DNA from: a virus
Taxonomy: Duplodnaviria > Heunggongvirae > Uroviricota > Caudoviricetes
Reading direction: 5' to 3' (one strand)
Virus record (IMG/VR): IMGVR_UViG_2778261593_000009
Coordinates: 1 to 29,312 of that record
DNA length: 29,312 bases
Both the position numbers and the translations under genes were made by a program. A model generated the notes under the pieces. That model was given only the letters and a program-made list of their open reading frames with translations, was not told the DNA's origin and did no database searches. Positions 6,161 through 14,830 of the stretch are shown piece by piece. Position 1 is the first letter of the stretch; each line of letters opens with the position of its first letter.

Positions 6161-8983
6161 ATGACGGCAGAGCACATCAGGGACTGGCAACAACCGCGCC
6201 ACGCAGTGGGGCGTGAAGGAACGGGGATCCCCGCTCCTGAATCCGCGCTTTCCTCCTGGCTGGATGCCTACCGGGCAGAGAACGAGCGCCGCAAGGAAAT
6301 GGCTGATGCGGCGTTCTCCGCCACGCCGCTGGGCAACCTGATTAATAAAAGCCTGGACGCACAGGAAAAACAGGACAAAACCATCACACTGGCAGGAGAC
6401 GCCAGAAAACAGGCACGCGGCGCAGTGGATGAAGCCATGGCCTCGCTGCGCCTGCTGCCGTCCTATCTGCGCGATCCGCTTATTCGCCACCTCTCCTTCC
6501 TGCGCAAAAAACAGGAAGCCGATCGCCGGAAAGGCAAAAAGAGCTGGCAGGCGGAACGCTATGCACGCGGAACCCTGCGCAAAATATTCGAACGTCTGGA
6601 CCGCACCGATCACCGCTGGCTGACACCGGGTTATCGCTCCCTTGCCGGACGCGAACGCCTGGACGATTTGCTTTACCTGCCGCAGCTCAACAAACACCAG
6701 ATACAGACGCTGGCCACCATGACGGCGGCGATGTTCAGCAGCACCTTCGAAAAACTCTGCGATGGCTTTGGCGCGACCGATGGCGAGCTGACCATGGATG
6801 TAACGCTGAAGGCGTATCAGATGCTGGCCCGCATGGCGTTACACCTGCACGCCATGCCTCCACATTATGACGCACTGACAACAGACAAAGACCGGAGGAA
6901 CGAACCAGACACGGAGCTGCTGCCGGGCGCAATCCTTCGCCTGACCTGTGCGGAATGGTGGAAACGCAAACTGTGGCTGTTACGTTGCGAGTGGCGGGAA
7001 GAACAACTCCGCGCCGCCTGTCTGGTTTCCAGAAAAACATCACCCTATCTGAGCCAGGACGCGTTAAGCGAGTTTCGCGCACAGCGCGAGAAAACACGCG
7101 ATTTCCTGAAAAGTTTCATGCTGGAAAATGAAGACGGGTTCACGATTGATCTCGAGACGGTGTATTACGCGGGAGTAAGTAACCCGGTTCACCGTAAGGC
7201 AGAAATGATGGCCACCATGAAGGGACTGGAACTTCTGGCCGAAGCCCGTGGCGACAGAGCGGTGTTTCTGACTGTCACCTGCCCGTCAAAATACCACGCA
7301 ACAACGGAGAACGGTCATCCGAACCCCAAATGGAACGGGGCCACCATGCGCGACTCCAGCGATTACCTGGTTAACACATTTTTTGCGGCGGTCCGCAAAA
7401 AACTGAACCGCGACGGTCTGCGCTGGTATGGCATCCGCACGGTGGAGCCTCACCATGACGGCACTGTGCACTGGCATATGATGGTCTTTGCACATCCGGA
7501 CGAGATTGAAACCATCGTGTCCCACGTCTGCGATATTGCCATTCAGGAAGACCGCCACGAGCTGGGCGATGACATAACTCCGCGTTTTAAGGCGGAGTAC
7601 GTAGACGGCTCAAAAGGCACACCAACCAGCTACATCGCCACCTACATCGGAAAGAACCTGGACAGCCGCGCCGTGGATGGCATCGACCCGAAAACGGGCA
7701 AGCCACGCGTTGACCACGAAACCGGAAAATCAATGGCCGAGAGCGTGGAACGCGCCATCGGCTGGGCGCGCCTTCACCGGGTCCGCCAGTTCCAGTTCTT
7801 TGGCATTCCCTCCCGTCAGGTGTGGCGTGAACTCCGCCGCCTTGCCAGCCAGATGGCACGCAACCCGGAAGGCCCGCAACGGCTGAAGGATGACGCAATG
7901 GATGCGGTTCTTGCTGCCGCTGATGCCGGGTGTTTTGCCACCTACATTGAAAAACAGGGTGGCGTACTTGTTCCGCGCAAGGACTACCTGATTCGCACAG
8001 CCTACGACCTCGCAGATGAGCTGAACGATTACGGCGAACAGAGTGTACAGATTTACGGGATCTGGTCGCCACTCATCGGGGAATCCTCCCGTGTGTGCAC
8101 GCACCCGGATAACTGGAAGCTGGTAAGACGTAAACCGGAAGCGGAAGACAGCACCCACGAAAATGGTTTTGACCTTCAGGGCGGCCCTGCCGCCCCTTGG
8201 ACTCGTGGCAATAACTGTCCCCGTGTACAGGAAACAGGCAACAGCGGGACAGAACTGTCGGAAGAGCAACCAACACCGTGGCCGCAGATCCCTGACAGCG
8301 TTGATGTGGATGAATGGATGCGCTCACTGAAACGGCACGAACGCCGGGCGCTGATGCGTTCGCTGCGTGACAAACAGGCAAAAAACAGCAGTGATGAAAT
8401 GCAGAGCTGGACACAGAGCCGCAAACAGCCGCGACCTTTGCCTGATAACCACGAGTTACTCGCTAAAGAATGGCGGGAGTCTGCTGAATCTCTCGGCCTG
8501 CATATTGGTGAACAGCAGATGCAGCACCTGTTACGGGGCGGCAGTCTGTACGTTGACGGCAGCATCATTGCACCGCAGGGATTTGAAATTGTACGCAAAC
8601 CGGATACCCGCCCGGACAGCCGAATCACGCAGCTCTGGCAGCGCCTGAGCCGTAATCACGGCGTAAGCAGCACGGAGATCCGCCATAACCCGGTCGCCAG
8701 TTATCTGGAACAGCTAGGGGCATCAGACCCCGAAGCCGCCGCACGCCTGGCATCCACACTTCAGCAAGACCAGAACACCATGAAAACACCCGTTACCGTG
8801 CTTTCTGACATGCTGCGCGCCATCCGTGACGCAGAGCACGCACAGAGAATCAGTGAAACCACTGAACGCGCCCGCCGCAAAGCAAACCTGCTGCGGGGTG
8901 GCCTGACCAGTGGAAACAAAAAACAGACAGAAACGGGATTCACAAATCCCGTAAATGAGCAAAAAACGCGCCGCGATATATGA
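6161..8983 (+). CDS. A: Rolling-circle replication initiation endonuclease, P2 gpA-like
   Basis: HUH-type motif VEPHHDGTVHWHMMVF and paired tyrosines YIATYIGKNLD, matching the conserved motifs of P2 A protein; 940 aa. Confidence 0.85.
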   Translation: MTAEHIRDWQQPRHAVGREGTGIPAPESALSSWLDAYRAENERRKEMADAAFSATPLGNLINKSLDAQEKQDKTITLAGDARKQARGAVDEAMASLRLLPSYLRDPLIRHLSFLRKKQEADRRKGKKSWQAERYARGTLRKIFERLDRTDHRWLTPGYRSLAGRERLDDLLYLPQLNKHQIQTLATMTAAMFSSTFEKLCDGFGATDGELTMDVTLKAYQMLARMALHLHAMPPHYDALTTDKDRRNEPDTELLPGAILRLTCAEWWKRKLWLLRCEWREEQLRAACLVSRKTSPYLSQDALSEFRAQREKTRDFLKSFMLENEDGFTIDLETVYYAGVSNPVHRKAEMMATMKGLELLAEARGDRAVFLTVTCPSKYHATTENGHPNPKWNGATMRDSSDYLVNTFFAAVRKKLNRDGLRWYGIRTVEPHHDGTVHWHMMVFAHPDEIETIVSHVCDIAIQEDRHELGDDITPRFKAEYVDGSKGTPTSYIATYIGKNLDSRAVDGIDPKTGKPRVDHETGKSMAESVERAIGWARLHRVRQFQFFGIPSRQVWRELRRLASQMARNPEGPQRLKDDAMDAVLAAADAGCFATYIEKQGGVLVPRKDYLIRTAYDLADELNDYGEQSVQIYGIWSPLIGESSRVCTHPDNWKLVRRKPEAEDSTHENGFDLQGGPAAPWTRGNNCPRVQETGNSGTELSEEQPTPWPQIPDSVDVDEWMRSLKRHERRALMRSLRDKQAKNSSDEMQSWTQSRKQPRPLPDNHELLAKEWRESAESLGLHIGEQQMQHLLRGGSLYVDGSIIAPQGFEIVRKPDTRPDSRITQLWQRLSRNHGVSSTEIRHNPVASYLEQLGASDPEAAARLASTLQQDQNTMKTPVTVLSDMLRAIRDAEHAQRISETTERARRKANLLRGGLTSGNKKQTETGFTNPVNEQKTRRDI

Positions 8984-9023
8984 AGCGCGCACAAAACAGG
9001 CGAAAGCGGGAGTTCAGAATCCC
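8935..9023. promoter_or_regulatory. Two copies of an imperfect palindrome flanking the parM promoter region; candidate ParR-binding centromere/operator (parC-like)
   Basis: GGGATTcacaAATCCC (about 8935-8950) and GGGAGTTCAGAATCCC (about 9008-9023), both followed by GTAA. Confidence 0.35.
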
Positions 9024-9058
9024 GTAACCGATTAATTAATCAACATAAGGAAATCGAC

Positions 9059-10018
9059 ATGAAAATTTGTATCGACGACGGCTCCACCAACATCAAGCTG
9101 GCATGGACTGAGAACGGCGAACGCCGCAACGCCATCAGCCCGAACAGCTTCAAGTCGGAATGGTCAGCGCCGTTCGGTGGCACGCAGCCCGCGAACTACA
9201 TGCTTGATGGCGTGCGCTATGGTTTTGATCCGGTCAGCGATCGCTTTGTCCAGACGACCGACACGCAATACCAGTACAGCGATGTGAATGTTATTGCCAT
9301 TCATCATGCGCTGGTCAAATCAGGCATCACACCACAGGAGGTGGATGTGGTTGTCACCCTGCCACTGAGCGAGTATTTCGATACAAACGCACAGCCGGAC
9401 ATGGCCAACATCAGCCGCAAAAAAGCGAACGTTATGCGCCCGGTGGAGTACCAGAACGGCGAAGCATTCACTATCCGTAACGTGCGGGTTATGCCTGAAT
9501 CCATTCCGGCAGGCTTTAAAGCACTGGCTGACATGAGTCCGTTTGAATCCCTGCTGATTGTGGATTTGGGCGGAACCACGCTGGATGTGGCAAAGGTTCA
9601 GGGGCAACTGGCAGGTATCAGCCAGGTGTTTTGCGATCCACACGTAGGCGTTTCTCTGATGGCCGATGCCGTGCTGTCGGTGATGGCCACCAACGGTATG
9701 CGTACCAGTCACCACATCGCTAATACCATTATCGAACATCGCCACGATGAAGCCTGGCTGCGCCAGCACATCCACAATGACGCGCATTACGCCAGCCTGA
9801 TGGCAGTTATTCGTGAAAAGGAGGAAACACTGAAACAACGCGTGATCCGCGCGCTGGCGGGTTTTTCGGGTTACGGGCGGGTGATGGTTGTCGGTGGAGG
9901 GGCGGAGATTGTGGCACCCGCCATCCGCGAAGCCTGCGGAGTTAATGCGACTTTCATCGCGGACGGGGTGCCACAGTTTGCTCTGGTTAATGGGCTGTAC
10001 GCAATGGACAAGGAGTAA
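9059..10018 (+). CDS. parM: Actin-like segregation ATPase ParM (StbA)
   Basis: N-terminus MKICIDDGSTNIKLAW and motifs DVNVIAIHHAL, VMPESIPAG, LIVDLGGTTLD, FSGYGRVMVVGGGAE, LVNGLY closely parallel plasmid R1 ParM as I recall it. Confidence 0.85.
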   Translation: MKICIDDGSTNIKLAWTENGERRNAISPNSFKSEWSAPFGGTQPANYMLDGVRYGFDPVSDRFVQTTDTQYQYSDVNVIAIHHALVKSGITPQEVDVVVTLPLSEYFDTNAQPDMANISRKKANVMRPVEYQNGEAFTIRNVRVMPESIPAGFKALADMSPFESLLIVDLGGTTLDVAKVQGQLAGISQVFCDPHVGVSLMADAVLSVMATNGMRTSHHIANTIIEHRHDEAWLRQHIHNDAHYASLMAVIREKEETLKQRVIRALAGFSGYGRVMVVGGGAEIVAPAIREACGVNATFIADGVPQFALVNGLYAMDKE

Positions 10019-10022
10019 ACCA

Positions 10023-10334
10023 ATGACGACACCAACCAGACGGATAAGTTTCTATCTGAAGCCCGCCGCCGTCAAGAACGAAGGCGAAGCATGCGCCTGG
10101 CTGGACAGCCTTACACCAGAAGCCCGCAAAAGCGGCCAACGCGTGGCTTTTCTGGCCGGGCTGGCACTTCTGAAAATGAATCCGGCAGAGGCTTACCGAC
10201 TGGCTGCATGGGCTGATGATGAAGCGTTATCAGTGACACAGACCAGGACAGAACGCCCCGCATCACAGCCAGTATCAACCGCACAGATAACCAGCCAGAT
10301 GGCCGGGAATATCCAGGCGTTATTTCCTGAATAA
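10023..10334 (+). CDS. parR: ParR-like centromere-binding adaptor
   Basis: Small gene immediately downstream of parM with AGGAG SD; ISFYLKP...AFLAGLALL resembles the R1 ParR N-terminal pattern. Confidence 0.6.
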   Translation: MTTPTRRISFYLKPAAVKNEGEACAWLDSLTPEARKSGQRVAFLAGLALLKMNPAEAYRLAAWADDEALSVTQTRTERPASQPVSTAQITSQMAGNIQALFPE

Positions 10335-10460
10335 CACAACATCAGGGCATATTTGCCCTGATATCCCCTCTCAAACAAGGCAGCAACAAACTGCCCGTTG
10401 AATAACACAAATTACATGTTATGATTAACTCATAAGTAACCCCCGTTTGTGTCTTACGTT

Positions 10461-10835
10461 ATGAATGATCAAGATTATGGGCTTGATACCCTATTGGATA
10501 TGCACGGCTACCAGCACCACATGGATAATGGCTACTGGTGGAAGATTGAAGCCTACCGGGTCAGCCCAAGCCCATTCAGACCCCACGGGATACGTTACAA
10601 TCTGACATTACATGACCAGTACAATTCCCGCATATTTGGGATGGATAATGCTCATGGAATAAAACCACCGAAGAAGGGCCGTTTCACAGGGAAATTAACT
10701 GTTTACGACCATGTGCACCGCACAACATTTGACAAAGGCTATCCCTATGAATTCATTTCTGCGGAACAGCTTTTATCTGACTTCTTCGATAACGTAGATC
10801 GCATCATTGACGAAATCACAAGGGGGAATCAATGA
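10461..10835 (+). CDS. Hypothetical protein, first gene of a coupled two-gene module
   Basis: Track ORF starts at GTG 10449; first ATG at 10461 (MNDQDYGLD...); His/Tyr/Trp-rich; I recognise no family. Confidence 0.55.
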   Translation: MNDQDYGLDTLLDMHGYQHHMDNGYWWKIEAYRVSPSPFRPHGIRYNLTLHDQYNSRIFGMDNAHGIKPPKKGRFTGKLTVYDHVHRTTFDKGYPYEFISAEQLLSDFFDNVDRIIDEITRGNQ

Positions 10836-11209
10836 AAGCCCGTATCGGGATTATCCCTGAAAATATCCTCCGCCAGCGGCTACTGGATGTCGCCAGAGGA
10901 AAACGTAAACCACTGCCAGATGAACCAAAAGTATGGTTTTCTTCACTGCACGCTGTAGGGCAAGCTCTGAGTAACGAAAACATTGCTCTGTTACGTCTGA
11001 TGGATGAAGAAAAACCTCAAACAATGACAGAGTTGGCAGAAATGTCAGGCAGGAAACTGAGCAATCTTTCAGTAACCTTAAAAATGCTGAGCGGCTACGG
11101 TTTTGTCAGCCTGGAAAAGAAAGGCAATACCATTCTCCCGAAAGCATTATTCACCGATTTTGAAATCATCATTGATCCATCTGTCGGAACCACTCATCGG
11201 GCCGCCTGA
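10832..11209 (+). CDS. Putative winged-helix DNA-binding protein, second gene of the module
   Basis: ATGA overlap with the upstream gene; HTH-like segment MTELAEMSGRKLSNLSVTLKMLSGYGFVSLEK. Confidence 0.55.
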   Translation: MKARIGIIPENILRQRLLDVARGKRKPLPDEPKVWFSSLHAVGQALSNENIALLRLMDEEKPQTMTELAEMSGRKLSNLSVTLKMLSGYGFVSLEKKGNTILPKALFTDFEIIIDPSVGTTHRAA

Positions 11210-11384
11210 TCCCCACCAAACCAGGGCGATAATCACGCATCGCCCTGCTGCACAATAGTGCACAAAAAACGCGCTTTTTCTGCGCGCAGGTGACGGGGGA
11301 ACAGTCCGCGCTTCAGGGGTAAATGGCACCTCCTGAAAGATGCCACAGCATCATAATAGAATGAGCGCGTTGTTCACGACACAC

Positions 11385-11442
11385 GCAAAAACAAGAAAAC
11401 CCGGAACGGGTGCGCAAATTCTTTGTGCGCCCGTTCTGGGTT
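11385..11442 (-). terminator. Rho-independent terminator downstream of ogr
   Basis: Long inverted repeat CCGGAACGGGTGCGCA ... TGCGCCCGTTCTGGG preceded on the + strand by an A-rich run (U-run on the - strand). Confidence 0.55.
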
Positions 11443-11462
11443 GGACAAGCGAAGCGCGTCAG

Positions 11463-11720
11463 CTATCCAGCCTGCAACAGCTCCAGCGCCATCTGTTTTT
11501 CTTCCGGGCGCATCCGTTCAATCAACAGCTTTAACACACCGTTATCCAGCCCGCTGGGCACCAGTGTGTGCGAGTAGGTCAGATTCATCACCCAGGTATG
11601 TCCGCACTCGAGACGGGTGCAACGGTAATACACATCAGCAAACTGATCGGTTTTCCAGGCTGTTTTCTCAATCACTGCACGAGCACCACAGCAATGACAC
11701 CGCGCTTTCTGTCTGCGCAT
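11463..11720 (-). CDS. ogr: Ogr/Delta-family zinc-finger late transcription activator
   Basis: CxC(C) ... C-x4-C spacing (RCHCCGARA ... YYRCTRLECGHTW) like P2 Ogr; start at MRRQKA preceded by GGAGGTGG. Confidence 0.75.
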   Translation of the reverse strand: MRRQKARCHCCGARAVIEKTAWKTDQFADVYYRCTRLECGHTWVMNLTYSHTLVPSGLDNGVLKLLIERMRPEEKQMALELLQAG

Positions 11721-11785
11721 TTTCCACCTCCCGGAACAACGTTTTACTGCTGCTGATTTTACCCGCTCCTTCTCCATGTCGCACA

Positions 11786-12820
11786 TCACTCCGTGGCTTC
11801 ATTAAATTCAAGAATAAATTCCACCTGCCCCAGTCGCCTGATATCAGGGTCACTATTGATTCCCTCCATAATCAGGCGGCGCATCGGAATAACCTCATCT
11901 CTGTAATATGCCTCGCGGGATTTCAGCGGATCACCAAGCCCGGCCGTATTTGCGGGAATGATGCCGGCAAGTCCGGGTGGAAAACGGTGCGCAACGAGCT
12001 GATCCTGGGCACTGATGGTTTTTATATTCAGGAACTCATCTTTTGTACCTGAATCCCCGATAGGGATCACCTTAACGCCTTCTTTGTCTCCGCCAGGTAT
12101 ATTGATAAACATGGATTTAAAATTGCCCGCCCCTTTTGACGCCTCTATCTTTTTACGGAATTCCGCCTCGAGCTCGGGATCCATGTCCGGGTCAGTGGAA
12201 TACAGGATATAACCAAGATGTGCGCCGTTCTTGTAATACTTGCGGCGAAAGCGGGTGGCATCCACATTCAGCATGGCAGATTCCATCCCGTGAATATAAT
12301 CCGGGACACCGTAAACCTGCTGTTGTGGGTCATAAATTGCCACGAACACCACTTCGCCTGGCGGGTAAACGAGATCTTCCAGTGCCGCCTGCACAATCAC
12401 CGTGCCACCTTCGTTGTTGCGTCGCAGGTACAGAGAAGGCAACGTATGCAGGCGCACCACCCGCCCGAAGCCATTGCGCACTTTAAGCAGCCCCATATCC
12501 CCGAATATCAGCAGATTGGTCACTGCTGCCGCCATGGCGGCGTGTGTCATACCACCACCACCCCGAAAACCCTGCATGATCATATTCACGCGCGCACGCA
12601 ATACCGCGCCGTGATACGGTGCGATATTGGACAACATGGCGAGATCCATGCGCTCAATGGGCGGCGTGTACCAGCCGTTATAGCCATCCCAGAGCGAGCC
12701 GTAATAACAGCCCCATGCAGCGACCGGTTCCGGGTCACCAAATTCAATAAACGTCATTTTGCTGGCTGTTTTTTTTGCCACGCCATCGTGTAACACGGGG
12801 TATTTTTTCTTTTTACTCAT
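11786..12820 (-). CDS. Q: Portal protein, P2 gpQ-like
   Basis: 344 aa, the size of P2 Q; position upstream-adjacent to terminase on the strand opposite the head genes. Confidence 0.8.
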   Translation of the reverse strand: MSKKKKYPVLHDGVAKKTASKMTFIEFGDPEPVAAWGCYYGSLWDGYNGWYTPPIERMDLAMLSNIAPYHGAVLRARVNMIMQGFRGGGGMTHAAMAAAVTNLLIFGDMGLLKVRNGFGRVVRLHTLPSLYLRRNNEGGTVIVQAALEDLVYPPGEVVFVAIYDPQQQVYGVPDYIHGMESAMLNVDATRFRRKYYKNGAHLGYILYSTDPDMDPELEAEFRKKIEASKGAGNFKSMFINIPGGDKEGVKVIPIGDSGTKDEFLNIKTISAQDQLVAHRFPPGLAGIIPANTAGLGDPLKSREAYYRDEVIPMRRLIMEGINSDPDIRRLGQVEFILEFNEATE

Positions 12821-14600
12821 CTGACAGGATCCATGTTGATTTGCGCTTGTGCTTATAGTTCAGGGGTTCATTACTTGCGGCATGAGCTATGGCAAAGAAG
12901 ATGTCAGCGTGCCCGGTTTCTTCGCTACGTTCGGCGGTGAAAGTGACTTTATTGCCGCTGTTGGTGGATTCCTGACGAATGGCCAGGAATGATGCCGGAA
13001 TATCCGTGGCTTCCTCATCCCACTCAATACGGTTGGCGTAAACCAGATCCAGCATCTTCATCACCAGGCGGTTTTTGGATTCCACGCTGTAATGAATGGC
13101 CACTGTTTCACGGCGGGCAAATCCCTGAACCAGCTCAAAGACACCGTAGCCAAGACCGGTGACGTCGATGCCGATAAACGTCATGTTATAGCGCGCCTTA
13201 ATGCCGCGGATACGCTCTGCCATAAACTGGAATGACATGCTGCGCCAGTGGTGTTTTTCCAGCACGCGGAATCGTTCTGCCGCAACCAGCGGCGGTGCCA
13301 GCACAACAAATGTGGCGTTATCGCCGGAGCGCGCAGGATCAAAGCCGCCCCACACCTCACGGTTACCAAATGGCATGGGCTCTTCCGGGTGAAAATCCTC
13401 CCACGTACTGACATCAACACCACAACGCACAAGATCATCGAATTTAAAGACGCTCTCTTTGTCATCCACAAACACACACATAAACAGCATATTGAACGCT
13501 GTTTCGTTGTATCTCTCGCGCAGCTCGTTGATATCAGCAAGGTTAAAGCCGCCGGCAATGGCATCTTCCAGCGTAACCACATAGCGCCACTGACCATCCG
13601 GACATTCACGCCCACCATCGCGCAGCTCATCAAAGGATGGAAACTCAACCCCTTTTCGTTTCGGATCGCCTTTGCGCCATTCATCGCCAGACCAGAACGG
13701 GTAGCCCTGGTGTGTTTTGGATGACGGCGTGGAGAAATAGGTAATACGCCAGTGTTTATGGGTGGCCATCCCTGATGCCACTTCATTGAGACGGCGAAAA
13801 CCGGGGATCCACAGGTATTCATCAATATACAGGTGGCCGCTGTTTGACTGCGCTGTGTTACTGTTGGTCGCCAGAAAATACAGTTCAGCCAGATTACTTA
13901 ACTTAACCGGATTGCCTTTAATGGGAATGCCAAACTCTGTTTGTGCAATTTTTACAATATAAGTACGGAACACTTCGGCCTGACGTTTTGATGCCGATAA
14001 AAATATCTGTGTGTCGCCGGTTAATACTGCATCTTCAAATGCCTCAAACGCGAAGTAATACGTCGCCCCAATCTGGCGGGATTTAAGCAGGTTGCGTACA
14101 CGGCGGAATTTGTTTTCACGCAGATGCAACTGATAAGCAAACAACTTTTTCGTAAACGGCTCAAAACTTTCAGCAGTCAGTCCGGAAACGTCATTAGTTT
14201 TGCGGGGACGCTCTTTCTTACCTGCACCTTTTTCTCCGCGTTCTTCTTTTCCATAACGGCCAGGCTGGGGAATGTCCACTCCCATTCGCGCAATCTCAGC
14301 CATTCGTTCCGTGTGCTTGTTTCTGACCGACATCAGTTTGACGTGATGACCAATCAGGCGATCAAGCTCATCGTGTTCTTCCTGGGTCTTATGGTCACGT
14401 TCCGCCAGTACAGCGAGACGCCGGGCGATAACATCTTCCACGCCTTCCGTATTGAGCTGCGTGTACCACTCAAACTTTGTCGCCCAGTAATAAACAATTC
14501 GCGGGCTGTTCAGTCCGAGTTTCTTTTGTATTTCTTTTGGTGTGTGCCTTTTCAGATAGAGTGATTTTGCTGCGGCAATAACTTCTTCAGAATAAGCCAT
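12813..14600 (-). CDS. P: Terminase large (ATPase) subunit, P2 gpP-like
   Basis: 595 aa; divergent from the scaffold/capsid operon as in P2; 8-nt overlap with Q. Confidence 0.8.
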   Translation of the reverse strand: MAYSEEVIAAAKSLYLKRHTPKEIQKKLGLNSPRIVYYWATKFEWYTQLNTEGVEDVIARRLAVLAERDHKTQEEHDELDRLIGHHVKLMSVRNKHTERMAEIARMGVDIPQPGRYGKEERGEKGAGKKERPRKTNDVSGLTAESFEPFTKKLFAYQLHLRENKFRRVRNLLKSRQIGATYYFAFEAFEDAVLTGDTQIFLSASKRQAEVFRTYIVKIAQTEFGIPIKGNPVKLSNLAELYFLATNSNTAQSNSGHLYIDEYLWIPGFRRLNEVASGMATHKHWRITYFSTPSSKTHQGYPFWSGDEWRKGDPKRKGVEFPSFDELRDGGRECPDGQWRYVVTLEDAIAGGFNLADINELRERYNETAFNMLFMCVFVDDKESVFKFDDLVRCGVDVSTWEDFHPEEPMPFGNREVWGGFDPARSGDNATFVVLAPPLVAAERFRVLEKHHWRSMSFQFMAERIRGIKARYNMTFIGIDVTGLGYGVFELVQGFARRETVAIHYSVESKNRLVMKMLDLVYANRIEWDEEATDIPASFLAIRQESTNSGNKVTFTAERSEETGHADIFFAIAHAASNEPLNYKHKRKSTWILSDE

Positions 14601-14830
14601 AAACTACCTGTGGAATTTATTTTAATGGGTTTTCATCTTTTTCCGGTTCGTTCCGTAGCGTTCCGTAATATCCCATTATTTGCCGCAGGCATTTTTTTAA
14701 CGATTATCTGTTTTCGGTATTTTTCGGATATATGCGCATATCCGAAAGTACCGGAAATTAATCAGATGACGACGTTTTCATTTCTCCGTTAAATAACGCC
14801 AGTTTAATTTTTATCAGCGGATTAATTCAG
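14601..14830. promoter_or_regulatory. Divergent late promoter region between P and O
   Basis: AT-rich 230-bp intergenic region; inverted repeat TTCGGAT-n10-ATCCGAA (about 14723-14746) containing palindrome ATGCGCAT; direct repeats CGTTCCGTA. Confidence 0.5.

Noticed and set aside
5624-6697. 357-aa minus-strand ORF
   Set aside because: Antisense to the strongly supported Rep gene and to genes 5486-6154; no recognisable motifs; typical GC-rich antisense artefact.
7587-8628. Several 110-180-aa minus-strand ORFs
   Set aside because: All antisense to the Rep gene; Arg/Cys-rich translations characteristic of GC-rich antisense frames.
13181-13825. 214-aa minus-strand ORF inside the terminase gene
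   Set aside because: Alternative frame of the terminase large subunit gene; the terminase frame is the long continuous one.
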